Assembly: GCF_000020025.1 (NCBI RefSeq)
Contig: NC_010628.1
Span: 5,010,001 to 5,042,000 of the forward strand
Length of the DNA stretch: 32,000 nucleotides
Source: Nostoc punctiforme PCC 73102
Lineage (GTDB): Bacteria > Cyanobacteriota > Cyanobacteriia > Cyanobacteriales > Nostocaceae
Direction: 5' to 3'
Program-made: the position numbers and the translations under genes
The notes under the pieces: model-generated
Told to the model about the DNA's origin: nothing
Database searches by the model: none
Seen by the model: only the letters and a program-made list of their open reading frames with translations
In this document: positions 23,381 to 32,000 of the stretch, one piece after another
How positions within the stretch are numbered: position 1 is the first letter of the stretch
How the letters are laid out: every line of letters starts with the position of its first letter

Positions 23381-25534
23381 CTACAGATTTTTGACGATCG
23401 CACCAAAGTCAGCTAAAACACGAGCATGATTCCGAACCAATCCCAGTAAGTGTAATCGATTACGCTTAATTTCTGGATCGGAGTCCATAACTAAAACGCT
23501 ATCTGGCCCATCAAAGAAGTTACTAACTGTTGGAGCAATTTTTGCTAATGCTGCTACTAACAGTTGATAATTTCGTGTCTGCTGTGCTGTTTGAGTTTGT
23601 GGTACTGATTCGATTAAAGCATTATACAAAGCTTCTTCAGAGGGCTTTTGGAATAATTCTGGACGAACTACAGATGTCGGTTCTAGCTGTTTTGTATCCA
23701 AATCACCTTGGGCAGCTAATCGTGTGGAACGGTTAACGGTTTCATAGATGTTATCTAGAATACTGTCGCTACGGATTTGTTGTAAGTACAAGGCGCGATC
23801 GCGGACATCCAATAAATCCTTTAACGTCCGTTCTGTGTATTCTGGGTCATTTTCTCCCAAAACTGCATTTACTAAATCGTAATCAATCTGCTTTTCTTCT
23901 TGCAGTAAAGTGCGGATGCGTTGTAAGAAAAACTCTTGCAATGCTGTGGTTAATGATGCCCGATCTTTTTGATATTTCGCGGCAAAATCTGTTGCTATTT
24001 GCGCCAACAAATCATCTAAATTTATCGGCAAATTATAAAACCAAGTAATTTTAACTACAGCATTAGCAGCCCGACGCAAAGCGAAGGGATCGGAGGAACC
24101 AGAGGGAATTAAACCTAAACCAAAGATACTTACCAAGGTATCTAATCTATCTGCCAAACCGACAATTTGGCCTGTGAGTGTTTCGGGTAAATTGTCACCA
24201 GCTCCCGTTGGCAAATAATGTTGATAAATTGCTTTTGCTACTTCGGCATCTTCACCACTCGCTAAGGCATATTTTTCTCCCATAATGCCTTGCAATTCAG
24301 GGAATTCATACACCATTTGAGTTACCAAATCTGCTTTACACAATAAAGCAGCACGTTGGATTTTTTGGCTTTGATTTTCAGCTAATTTTAATTGGGTGCT
24401 AATTTGCTCGGCAATCTTGACTACTCTATCTATCTTGGTACGCACCGAACCCAATTCTTCTTGGAAGGTGACTTTTTCTAACTGGGGTAAAAAGCTATCT
24501 ATTGGTTTAGTTAAATCAGCTTCGTAGAAAAATCTGCCATCAGCTAATCTGGCACGAATTACCCTTTCATTTCCGACGGCAACAATATCTGATTTTTTGG
24601 GATCGCCGTTAGAAATGGTGATGAAATTGGGCAATAATTCTTGCTCAGAACTACCTGGTTTGAATACAGGGAAATAACGTTGATGAGTTACCATAACTTC
24701 AGTAATTACTTCAGTTGGTAATTCCAAAAATTCTGGTTCAAATTTACCAACAACTGTAGAAGGATATTCTACAAGGTTGGTTACTTCTGCTAACAAATCG
24801 GGGTAAATGACTGTATACCCGCTTAAACTCTCTGCTACTGCCTTTACTTGCTCTTTGATGAGATTTTCCCGTTCTTCGGGGTCAACGGTGACATAAGCAG
24901 ACTTGAGGGCGGTAACATAATCAGTAGCTTGAGCGATTGTCACAGGTTCAGGATGTAAGACACGATGACCTTGAGAAATGCGATCGCTCTGAATCGTTTT
25001 AGAACCATTCACCAATTCCAACGGTAGCACCGTCTCATCTAACAAAGCTACCAGCCAGCGAATTGGTCGAGAAAACCTCCCATCCCCATCTCCCCAACGC
25101 ATTAACCGCTTACCTTCTAAACCCCAAATCCACTCTTGAACAAGTTCTGTCAAAATTTCCGCCACAGGACGGCCAGGAATTCTTTTTTGCACAAAAACAA
25201 ATTCCCCTTTGTCAGTGGGGCGAAGGAAGAGTGCATCTAGTTCCACACCTTGCTTTTTGGCAAAGCCTAATGCTGCTGCTGTTGGCTGACCATCTTTAAA
25301 GGCAGCTTGGGCGGGAGGCCCTTTGATTTCTTCTTCTCGATCTGCTTGCTGGGATGGTAGACCTTTAATCAATACCGCTAAACGCCGGGGAGTACCGTAC
25401 ACTTGGACGCTTTCACCCTGAAGGCTGTTTGCTTCCAAACTTTGGGGAATGCGTTCTCGCCATTGTATTAAGGCATCACTGAGAAAGCTTGCAGGTAATT
25501 CTTCTGTACCAACTTCTAATAGAAACGCAGGCAT
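23381..25534 (-). CDS. glyS: Glycine--tRNA ligase beta subunit
   Basis: 717-aa ORF starting [17 protein letters not shown], with GlyS-typical blocks throughout (PRRLAVL, HQRYFPV, DPFALRR). Confidence 0.97.
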   Translation of the reverse strand: MPAFLLEVGTEELPASFLSDALIQWRERIPQSLEANSLQGESVQVYGTPRRLAVLIKGLPSQQADREEEIKGPPAQAAFKDGQPTAAALGFAKKQGVELDALFLRPTDKGEFVFVQKRIPGRPVAEILTELVQEWIWGLEGKRLMRWGDGDGRFSRPIRWLVALLDETVLPLELVNGSKTIQSDRISQGHRVLHPEPVTIAQATDYVTALKSAYVTVDPEERENLIKEQVKAVAESLSGYTVIYPDLLAEVTNLVEYPSTVVGKFEPEFLELPTEVITEVMVTHQRYFPVFKPGSSEQELLPNFITISNGDPKKSDIVAVGNERVIRARLADGRFFYEADLTKPIDSFLPQLEKVTFQEELGSVRTKIDRVVKIAEQISTQLKLAENQSQKIQRAALLCKADLVTQMVYEFPELQGIMGEKYALASGEDAEVAKAIYQHYLPTGAGDNLPETLTGQIVGLADRLDTLVSIFGLGLIPSGSSDPFALRRAANAVVKITWFYNLPINLDDLLAQIATDFAAKYQKDRASLTTALQEFFLQRIRTLLQEEKQIDYDLVNAVLGENDPEYTERTLKDLLDVRDRALYLQQIRSDSILDNIYETVNRSTRLAAQGDLDTKQLEPTSVVRPELFQKPSEEALYNALIESVPQTQTAQQTRNYQLLVAALAKIAPTVSNFFDGPDSVLVMDSDPEIKRNRLHLLGLVRNHARVLADFGAIVKNL

Positions 25535-25808
25535 AGGTCACTGTTTTCAACTTTGCGTAGCTCAACTTTATCAGTTATTCTCAAGCGATCGCTTGTGATT
25601 TTTAGGTAATAAACCTTGCTATATACATTAAAATAGATAAATTTGAGCTTAGGTTTGTTAAATAGACTTGATATCTTTTCGAAAACTTTAAAAAATAAGT
25701 GTTTCTCTTCATCTAGTTGTTATATTTACCTCAACCTCCCATGTAGTATTTACTTATATGTATTTCTATCGTAAAGTTAGTGTTGTTTGATGCACTGATA
25801 TTTGCATC

Positions 25809-26426
25809 ATGCAAATAAATCTTGGAGATATAACAGTGAGAAACATTTTTGCCAAAATCGCTGCTACCACAGCAACCAGTGCTGTACTTAGTGTTGCGAT
25901 CGCTGCTGGTTCTAACAACCCTGCTCAAGCTATTGATTTCAACTTTAACTGGCTAGGAAATGCTGGTTATTCCGCAGTCGGTTCATTCAGCTACGACGAG
26001 ACTACAGCCCCAACAATTATTTCAGAAAGTGGTAGTGGAGCCACCAACTTTTTACAATCCTTGAATGTCTCTTTCTTAGACCCATCTAATAATTCTCTGG
26101 GAACTTATAACACCGTTACTTCTGGGGTATCACAATCTGATTTCTTCAGTTTCAACTTTGATACTGCCACCCAGAAATTGTTTGGTCCCTTGAATATAGG
26201 AGGAGGGACAGGTGTCATTGGAGAATACTTCTTTCAGGGAACGGTTGGCGAATCTTTGGCATTACGTCAGGATGTCAATCAACAGGGAGCCTCAATAACA
26301 CTAGATGAAAATTCTGGTTTTATTCAGGTATCCAAAGTTCCTGAACCTGCTTCTCTGCTGGGTTTACTGGCATTTGGGACCTTGGGTATCAGCTCAACTT
26401 TGAAGAAAAAGCAAGCCTCTTGCTAG
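25809..26426 (+). CDS. PEP-CTERM sorting-domain secreted protein
   Basis: The C-terminus VPEPASLLGLLAFGTLGISSTLKKKQ has a PEP motif, a TM helix and a basic tail. The N-terminal signal peptide ends in ...NNPAQA. GTG 25836, preceded by GGAGA, is an alternative and perhaps better start. Confidence 0.85.
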   Translation: MQINLGDITVRNIFAKIAATTATSAVLSVAIAAGSNNPAQAIDFNFNWLGNAGYSAVGSFSYDETTAPTIISESGSGATNFLQSLNVSFLDPSNNSLGTYNTVTSGVSQSDFFSFNFDTATQKLFGPLNIGGGTGVIGEYFFQGTVGESLALRQDVNQQGASITLDENSGFIQVSKVPEPASLLGLLAFGTLGISSTLKKKQASC

Positions 26427-26536
26427 AAAGTAAGGCTTTCTAGTTAGAGGTTGCCAAGTTTAGTTTAATGAATCTCTATTTTAGCTCCAATAGCTCAGTG
26501 AACTGGTGAGTTTATCATCCAGCCTTATCGGTTGGC

Positions 26537-26574
26537 GATCGCTCGAATACTTATGAAAACAAGTATTCGAGCGA
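26537..26574. terminator. Perfect 15-bp stem-loop overlapping a HIP1 site
   Basis: atcgctcgaatactt - atgaaaac - aagtattcgagcgat, ~110 nt downstream of the PEP-CTERM gene. There is no U-tract. Confidence 0.3.
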
Positions 26575-27268
26575 TTATAATCAGAAATATTTTCGCTAAA
26601 ATCGTCCTGACTATAGCAATCAGTGCAACTTTTTAGTATTGCATCAGTGTAGCCCGCTACAGGTATCACTAGTGTTGCTAACAACCCGAATAAAGCTGTT
26701 GATGTCAATTGCGATACATTGGAGTTTTTTCCAGTTACAGCTTTAAATACGCAGCTAGTAAACACACTAATGTTAAAAAGTTAGTGCCTTTGAGCCACTA
26801 AAAAAACTGGATGCTCACCCATTAATGCAATACTGATTACTTGGTTAAAAATACTTCATGTGCCAGTTTACAAGGCGGAATGCAGGTTATATGCATGATA
26901 TTAAGTCTTATGCTACAATCCCCTCAGTGTAAATTTAACAACTCAATTCTCTTTTAAATAAGTGAACAACTATCACATATATGGGAAGGAATTTAAATAA
27001 GTGAGCAGTCAAAGTTTATTAGTTAACACGGGTAACTTTTAAATATACGTTTGAGAAACTTTATCCAACCCGAAAACCTGATAATTGTTCGCTAATAACT
27101 GTTAAAATCCACCTAGAAAATTTCTCAGCAGTGCTTATCGCAATTGTGATTTTAAAAAATCATAATCTGATCACAAACTAAATTAAATAATAAAAGTTGC
27201 AGCCTCTACTGAAGTTAGCAATAAATCGGCTTATCTCCGGCTGTATTTACCAAATTTATAAATAGCTC

Positions 27269-28558
27269 ATGCACATTCTGATATATTCCTACAACTATCA
27301 TCCAGAGCCGATTGGAATTGCTCCCTTAATGACCGAATTGGCAGAAGGACTAGTAAATCGAGGTCATGAAGTGCGGGTGATTACTGGAATGCCCAACTAT
27401 CCTGAGCGCGAAATTTACGATGGTTATCGGGGTCAATGGTACGTTACTGAACAAAAAAATGGTGTCACCATTCAGCGAAGCTACATCAGAATTAAATCTA
27501 AACCTAACCTTTTAGATCGTCTGTTGCTGGAGTTAAGCTTTATTTTCACAAGCTTACCTCAAGCCTTTAGAGGTGAACGTCCAGATGTGATGATTTTAAC
27601 AGTACCGCCTTTACTAGGTATCCTACCAGCAACAATATTTGGTTGGCTATACAACTGCCCAATAGTTCTAAATGTGCAAGATATTTTACCAGAAGCTGCT
27701 GTGCGTATCGGGCTACTGAAAAACAAGTGGATGATCCGAACTCTTGCAGCTTTAGAGAAATTTGCCTATCGGACTGCACATACTATTAGTGTTATCGCCG
27801 ATGGGTTTCGTGAGAATTTAGTGAATAAGGGAGTACCTGTTAATAAAATCGTTTGTATTCCTAATTGGGTGAATGTAAATTTCATCCACCCTTTACCGAA
27901 ACAGAACAACTCTTGGATATCTAGTCATCAACTGGATGGGAAATTTATAGTCCTTTATTCGGGCAACATTGCTCTAACCCAAGGTTTAGAAACAGTAATA
28001 GAAGCAGCAGTTTGCTTACGTCATATCAAAGAAATTGTCTTTGTCATTGTCGGCGAATCAAGAGCATTGCAAAGATTGCAAGAATATTGTCTATTACATG
28101 GAGCAGATAATGTTTTGCTGCTACCATTGCAGCCGAGAGAAAAATTACCCGAAATGCTAGCAGCAGCTGATGTCGGGCTGATTGTGCAAAAACGCAATAT
28201 TATTTCGTTCAATATGCCTTCAAAAATACCACTACTCTTGGCAAGTGGTCGCCCGATTGTGGGTTCAGTTCCTGCAACTGGAACTGCTGCTAGAGCGATC
28301 AAACTCAGTGGTGGTGGGATAATTGTTGAGCCAGAATCGCCCGATGCAATGGCCGCTGCGGTGCATGATTTATACGCTAATCCTACTTTCTGTACGAGGC
28401 TAGGTAACGCAGGAAGACAGTTTGCCGAAGAAAACTATTCCTTGGAGCAAGCACTCGATCGTTATGAGTGGCTCTTTTATCATATTCTTGCTAACCGAAA
28501 ATCAAATGTGGGTATCTTGCCGAAATTGGATTCTAAGGAATCAGTTGTGGATGCTTGA
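27269..28558 (+). CDS. Family 4 glycosyltransferase (WcaI-like)
   Basis: 429-aa ORF. The N-terminus MHILIYSYNYHPEPIGIAPLMTELAEGLVNRGHEVRVITGMPNYP is typical of the WcaI-type GT4 N-domain. The C-terminal GT-B domain carries the acidic/P-rich LPLQPREKLPEMLAAADVGL block. Confidence 0.9.
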   Translation: MHILIYSYNYHPEPIGIAPLMTELAEGLVNRGHEVRVITGMPNYPEREIYDGYRGQWYVTEQKNGVTIQRSYIRIKSKPNLLDRLLLELSFIFTSLPQAFRGERPDVMILTVPPLLGILPATIFGWLYNCPIVLNVQDILPEAAVRIGLLKNKWMIRTLAALEKFAYRTAHTISVIADGFRENLVNKGVPVNKIVCIPNWVNVNFIHPLPKQNNSWISSHQLDGKFIVLYSGNIALTQGLETVIEAAVCLRHIKEIVFVIVGESRALQRLQEYCLLHGADNVLLLPLQPREKLPEMLAAADVGLIVQKRNIISFNMPSKIPLLLASGRPIVGSVPATGTAARAIKLSGGGIIVEPESPDAMAAAVHDLYANPTFCTRLGNAGRQFAEENYSLEQALDRYEWLFYHILANRKSNVGILPKLDSKESVVDA

Positions 28559-28783
28559 AGGGCATTGAGCATGACTCGCTCACATATACAGAACCCTGAT
28601 TAGGATCAATTAAATCACCCGAATGGGTGAGTTAAGAATCATCCGATTGGATGACCTAAGTGTAGGAAGATAAGACTGCTCAAAAATAGGACTCTAGAGA
28701 ACACTGTATTGATTGCACTTTGTTCTTGGTGAGGATAACTCAATGAAACTCGCAACCTTGATGAATAGAGCTGAATTAATCAG

Positions 28784-28875
28784 CGTAGGAGAAGTACGCC
28801 GTTGGCATACTCCTACTCAGAAGCAAGCTACGCGCAGCGTATCGCAGACAAGCCTCTCTTAGAGAAGACATCGCT
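28784..28875. repeat. Dispersed Nostoc-type repeat
   Basis: cgtaggagaagtacgccgttggcatactcctactcagaagcaagctacgcgcagcgtatcgcagacaagcctctcttagagaag. It shares motifs with 1525-1640, 13535-13624 and 16310-16339. Confidence 0.5.
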
Positions 28876-29599
28876 CCACACATTTTTCCTCCCTAAGATC
28901 AGTATTCAATACAACTCAAGAGGGATAAACTCATCTTTAAACTTATACAAATTTAGTTTGCTATGTGGTTATAATGCAAGCAAGCGCTTGCAAACATTTA
29001 TGGAAAACTTTCCCAAACCGCCCGTCTGATTTTATACAAAACCTACGAATCGCGAATAGCTAGCTGATTATGTACTTGCAAAAAAGTCAAGATAAGGGTG
29101 CAGTATCTTCAGATATAGATTTAAAAGCATCTGTAGGTAGTTTCACGGGTATCTTGTTTCACGGTATTCTGCGTTTTTAGCGATATCCCTACCACACTAG
29201 ATTATAAGTGTGAATGCTACATGGAAACTTGTTTGAATTTATTTGTACGCGGTATCACGCAGTTTGCCATTGCAGGAGACAGAAGATTTAGTTGATTCCC
29301 TTACAACATAAACCGTGTTTTCTCTAGGACGGAAAGTAATTGTTTTATACTGGCTAAAAAAGTTTTATAAATTACACTTTAAAAAAATGATGGGAGTTAA
29401 GTAATGTACAAAATAACCATAATGTAATGAAGCATATTTATTTGTTTTAGGTACTAGACATCGTGAGCGATCGCCCAAATACCCAAATACATATTTGTTA
29501 TCAACATCAAAAACAAAGGGCTAGAAAACTATTGAAATAATGCTTTTTTAGTCAAGAGTAGATTGCCCAAGTCTAAATCCACAAGACGAGAAACCGAAG

Positions 29600-31225
29600 A
29601 TGTCCCATTCTGAGTTCCCTGATTCTCCCCTTCCAGTTGAAATAGAACAGCCTGCTGTTATTGATTCTAGTCAACAGCCACAACCACTGCCAGAGCGATC
29701 GCCTAAACCACCTCAAAAGCGTCGTTGGCCTCTAATTTTGGGAATTATCCTCTTAATTGGAGGCATTGGTTTTGGTTGGCGCTGGTGGCAAACTAGTAGT
29801 GCTAGCAATCCACCAGCAGGTGGGCCAGCTGCTGGTCAACCGATGGCAATTCCAGTCAAGCTAGCGACTGTTCAACCTGAAACTGTGCAAGAGAGTTCGG
29901 AGTTTATTGGCTCCTTAGAGGCTCCACGTTCGGTAATTATCAAGCCACAGGTTGAGGGACGAGTTACCCAAATTTATATCAAAGAGGGCAACCGTGTTCA
30001 ACAAGGGCAAGTTATTATTAGCCTAGAAAGTGATAGTGTCCAAGCGCAATTATTACAAGCAAAAGCTGCACTAGCACAAGCTCAAGCACGTCTTGCTGAA
30101 CTCAAAGCAGGTACGCGACAAGAAGAAGTTGCCCAAGCTAGAGCGCAGTTAACCCAAGCCCAAGCTCGCTTGCGAGATGCTCAATCGGGGTCGCAACCAC
30201 AAGAAATTGCTCAAGCTGAGGCTCAAATTCAGTCAGCTAAATCAGATGTAGAACTAGCACAGTCACGAGCCAAGCGATACGCACAATTGAGAAAAGAGGG
30301 CGCAGTTTCTCAAGATACCTTAGAAGGATATGTCAAAGAACAGCAAAGTGCTGAAGCTGCACTGGTTGTAGCCCAGAAACGCCTAGCTCAACTCCGCCAA
30401 AGCAGAACTTCTAGTGTCAATGAGCTGGCTGGAGCCTTGGAACAACAGAAACAAAACTTAAGGCAACTAGAAAATGGTTCCCGCCCAGAAGAAATTGCCC
30501 AAGCGCGATCGCAAGTAACTCAAGCAGCAGCCCAAGTCCAAGCAGCCCAAGTTCAACTGCAATACACAAAAGTTCTGGCACCTTTTACTGGTACTGTTGG
30601 CGATATTCCCACAAAAGTGGGAGATTATGTAGAAAAAGCAGATCAACTCACTACACTTACTAGAAACGATTCTTTAGAACTAAATATTTCCGTTCCCCTA
30701 GAAGAAGCCAAAAAGCTGCGCTTGGGATTACTAGTGCAAATGCTGAACATCCAAGGTCAACCTACAGCAACGGGTAAGATAAGTTTCATCTCTCCAGATG
30801 CTAGTTCAGATTCGCAGACAATTTTGGTTAAAGCTAATTTTGGTAATTCTAGAAGTCAACTGGTAAATCGCCAATCAGTGCAAACCAAAGTGATCTGGAA
30901 CGAACGTCCAGGAATATTAATTCCAGTTACAGCAGTATCTCGCCTGGGTGGGGAGACCTTTGTATTTGTAGCTGAAGCGCCAACAGAAAAGAAAGCTGAA
31001 CCAACAGAAAAAAAAGCTGAAGCGCCAGCAGAAAAGAAAGCTGGAGCGCCATCTTTAGTTGCTCAACAAAAACCTGTGAAATTGGGAGTTATTGAGGGGA
31101 ATAATTATCAAGTTATCGAAGGACTAAAAGCTGGAGACAAAATTGTTGTTTCCGGTATTCTCAACCTAACTAATGGCGCTCCCATCACTCCCGCACCGCA
31201 AGAAGTGGGTAGTCAGAAGCCATAG
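29600..31225 (+). CDS. RND efflux transporter periplasmic adaptor (MFP/HlyD family)
   Basis: Pro-rich N-terminus, then a TM anchor (WPLILGIILLIGGIGFGW). A lipoyl-like half-motif (GRVTQIYIKEGNRVQQGQVIISLE) is followed by a long coiled-coil hairpin with repeated EE[IV]AQA.AQ motifs, then beta-barrel and MP domains. Confidence 0.9.
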   Translation: MSHSEFPDSPLPVEIEQPAVIDSSQQPQPLPERSPKPPQKRRWPLILGIILLIGGIGFGWRWWQTSSASNPPAGGPAAGQPMAIPVKLATVQPETVQESSEFIGSLEAPRSVIIKPQVEGRVTQIYIKEGNRVQQGQVIISLESDSVQAQLLQAKAALAQAQARLAELKAGTRQEEVAQARAQLTQAQARLRDAQSGSQPQEIAQAEAQIQSAKSDVELAQSRAKRYAQLRKEGAVSQDTLEGYVKEQQSAEAALVVAQKRLAQLRQSRTSSVNELAGALEQQKQNLRQLENGSRPEEIAQARSQVTQAAAQVQAAQVQLQYTKVLAPFTGTVGDIPTKVGDYVEKADQLTTLTRNDSLELNISVPLEEAKKLRLGLLVQMLNIQGQPTATGKISFISPDASSDSQTILVKANFGNSRSQLVNRQSVQTKVIWNERPGILIPVTAVSRLGGETFVFVAEAPTEKKAEPTEKKAEAPAEKKAGAPSLVAQQKPVKLGVIEGNNYQVIEGLKAGDKIVVSGILNLTNGAPITPAPQEVGSQKP

Positions 31226-31286
31226 GGAAGGGCAAGGGGGCAGGGGAGCAGGGGGGCAGGGAAAGATAAGGGAAGAAGAAGAATAA
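31226..31286 (+). repeat. G-tract element, copy f, in the adaptor-pump intercistronic spacer
   Basis: gggaagggcaagggggcaggggagcaggggggcagggaaagataagggaagaagaagaataa starts directly after the TAG stop (31223-31225). Confidence 0.75.
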
Positions 31287-31370
31287 CTATGCCCAATGCC
31301 CCATTCCCCATGCCCAATTCCCCATGCCCAATGCCCCAATACCTAATGCCAAATACCCAAAGCCCAATTT
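31287..31370. repeat. Tandem heptamer array, 12 units (CCATGCC/CAATGCC-type)
   Basis: ctatgcc|caatgcc|ccattcc|ccatgcc|caattcc|ccatgcc|caatgcc|ccaatac|ctaatgc|caaatac|ccaaagc|ccaattt. Confidence 0.85.
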
Positions 31371-31378
31371 TTTAAACT

Positions 31379-32000
31379 ATGTTTGTTGACTTCTTTATTA
31401 AGCGACCAATCTTTGCGTCGGTCTGCGCGATCGTCATACTTTTAATCGGATTAATCAGTATTCCCACACTACCGATCGCTAGATTCCCAGAAATTAGTCC
31501 CACCCAAATCACTGTAACTTCCAACTATAGCGGAGCTAGTGCAGAAGTTGTAGAAAGCGGAGTGACAAATATCTTAGAAAGGCAAATCAACGGGGTTGAG
31601 GGACTAAGATATCTCACTTCCAGCAGCAGTAATGATGGTACTAGTACTATTACAGCCACCTTTGATTCATCGCGGGATAAAGATATTGCGGCTGTGGATG
31701 TGCAAAATCGTGTTTCTGTTGCCCAACCACAACTACCAGATTCTGTGCAGCGCACAGGAGTGCGGGTATCAAAAGAATCTAGCAACATTCTCTTGGCGAT
31801 TGGTTTATACGCTGAAAATAGAGAGTACGACAATATATTCTTAAGCAACTATGCCGACCTTTACTTAGCAGATGCCTTAAAAAGAGTCAAAGGCGTGAGC
31901 AACGCTCAAATTTTTGGTGAACGTCGCTATGCAATGCGTCTGTGGTTAGATCCTAGTCGCCTTGCTAATCGGGGGCTAACGACCAAGGATGTAGCGAATG
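31379..32000 (+). CDS. RND efflux transporter permease subunit (AcrB/HAE1-like), 5' partial
   Basis: The ORF is open from ATG 31379 to the window end. MFVDFFIKRPIFASVCAIVILLIGLISIPTLPIARFPEISPTQITVTSNYSGASAEVVE... is the canonical AcrB N-terminus. It is absent from the ORF track because no stop lies in the window. Confidence 0.9.
   Translation, partial: MFVDFFIKRPIFASVCAIVILLIGLISIPTLPIARFPEISPTQITVTSNYSGASAEVVESGVTNILERQINGVEGLRYLTSSSSNDGTSTITATFDSSRDKDIAAVDVQNRVSVAQPQLPDSVQRTGVRVSKESSNILLAIGLYAENREYDNIFLSNYADLYLADALKRVKGVSNAQIFGERRYAMRLWLDPSRLANRGLTTKDVAN

Noticed and set aside
31287-31370. Possible CRISPR array, here and at the other tandem arrays (3076-3117, 3887-3958, 7866-7900, 9307-9334, 9459-9486, 13464-13673)
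   Set aside because: The period is 7 nt with no unique spacers and no 25-40-nt repeat unit. No cas genes are present. These are STRR-type heptamer repeats typical of heterocystous cyanobacteria.

Overview
This 32-kb chromosomal window most likely comes from a filamentous heterocyst-forming cyanobacterium (Nostoc/Anabaena type). That call is inferred from three things: frequent HIP1 octamers (GCGATCGC), many tandem heptamer (STRR-type) arrays, and the gene content. I support 23 protein-coding features. Housekeeping genes are argS, murD and glyS. There is a WD40 protein and a COG0701 permease with its TIGR03943 partner and a beta-propeller gene. A minus-strand sulfur cluster runs SufS/CsdA-like PLP enzyme, then Tat-type sulfite-oxidase-family molybdoenzyme, then TauE/SafE exporter. 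Also present are a CruA-like FAD oxidoreductase, a hicAB toxin-antitoxin pair, a PEP-CTERM protein with a GT4 glycosyltransferase, and the start of an RND efflux operon. Accessory genes are an IS4-type transposase that looks internally deleted, and a 441-aa protein carrying a Pol-beta nucleotidyltransferase signature that lies convergent with a DEDDh exonuclease gene. I found no rRNA, tRNA or CRISPR. The most unusual content is repeat biology. A family of hairpin-forming elements made of G-tract arrays occurs six times. Two copies sit in-frame inside coding sequences (murD and the FAD oxidoreductase), and two inverted copies bracket the sulfite-oxidase-like gene. About 22-bp mini-elements are nested inside other repeats. 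Heptamer arrays supply the start or stop codons of several genes. The best candidate for an undescribed functional module is the nucleotidyltransferase plus exonuclease locus at 17.0-19.2 kb, where the exonuclease gene is flanked by a ~40-bp direct repeat. Its function cannot be established by reading the sequence alone.
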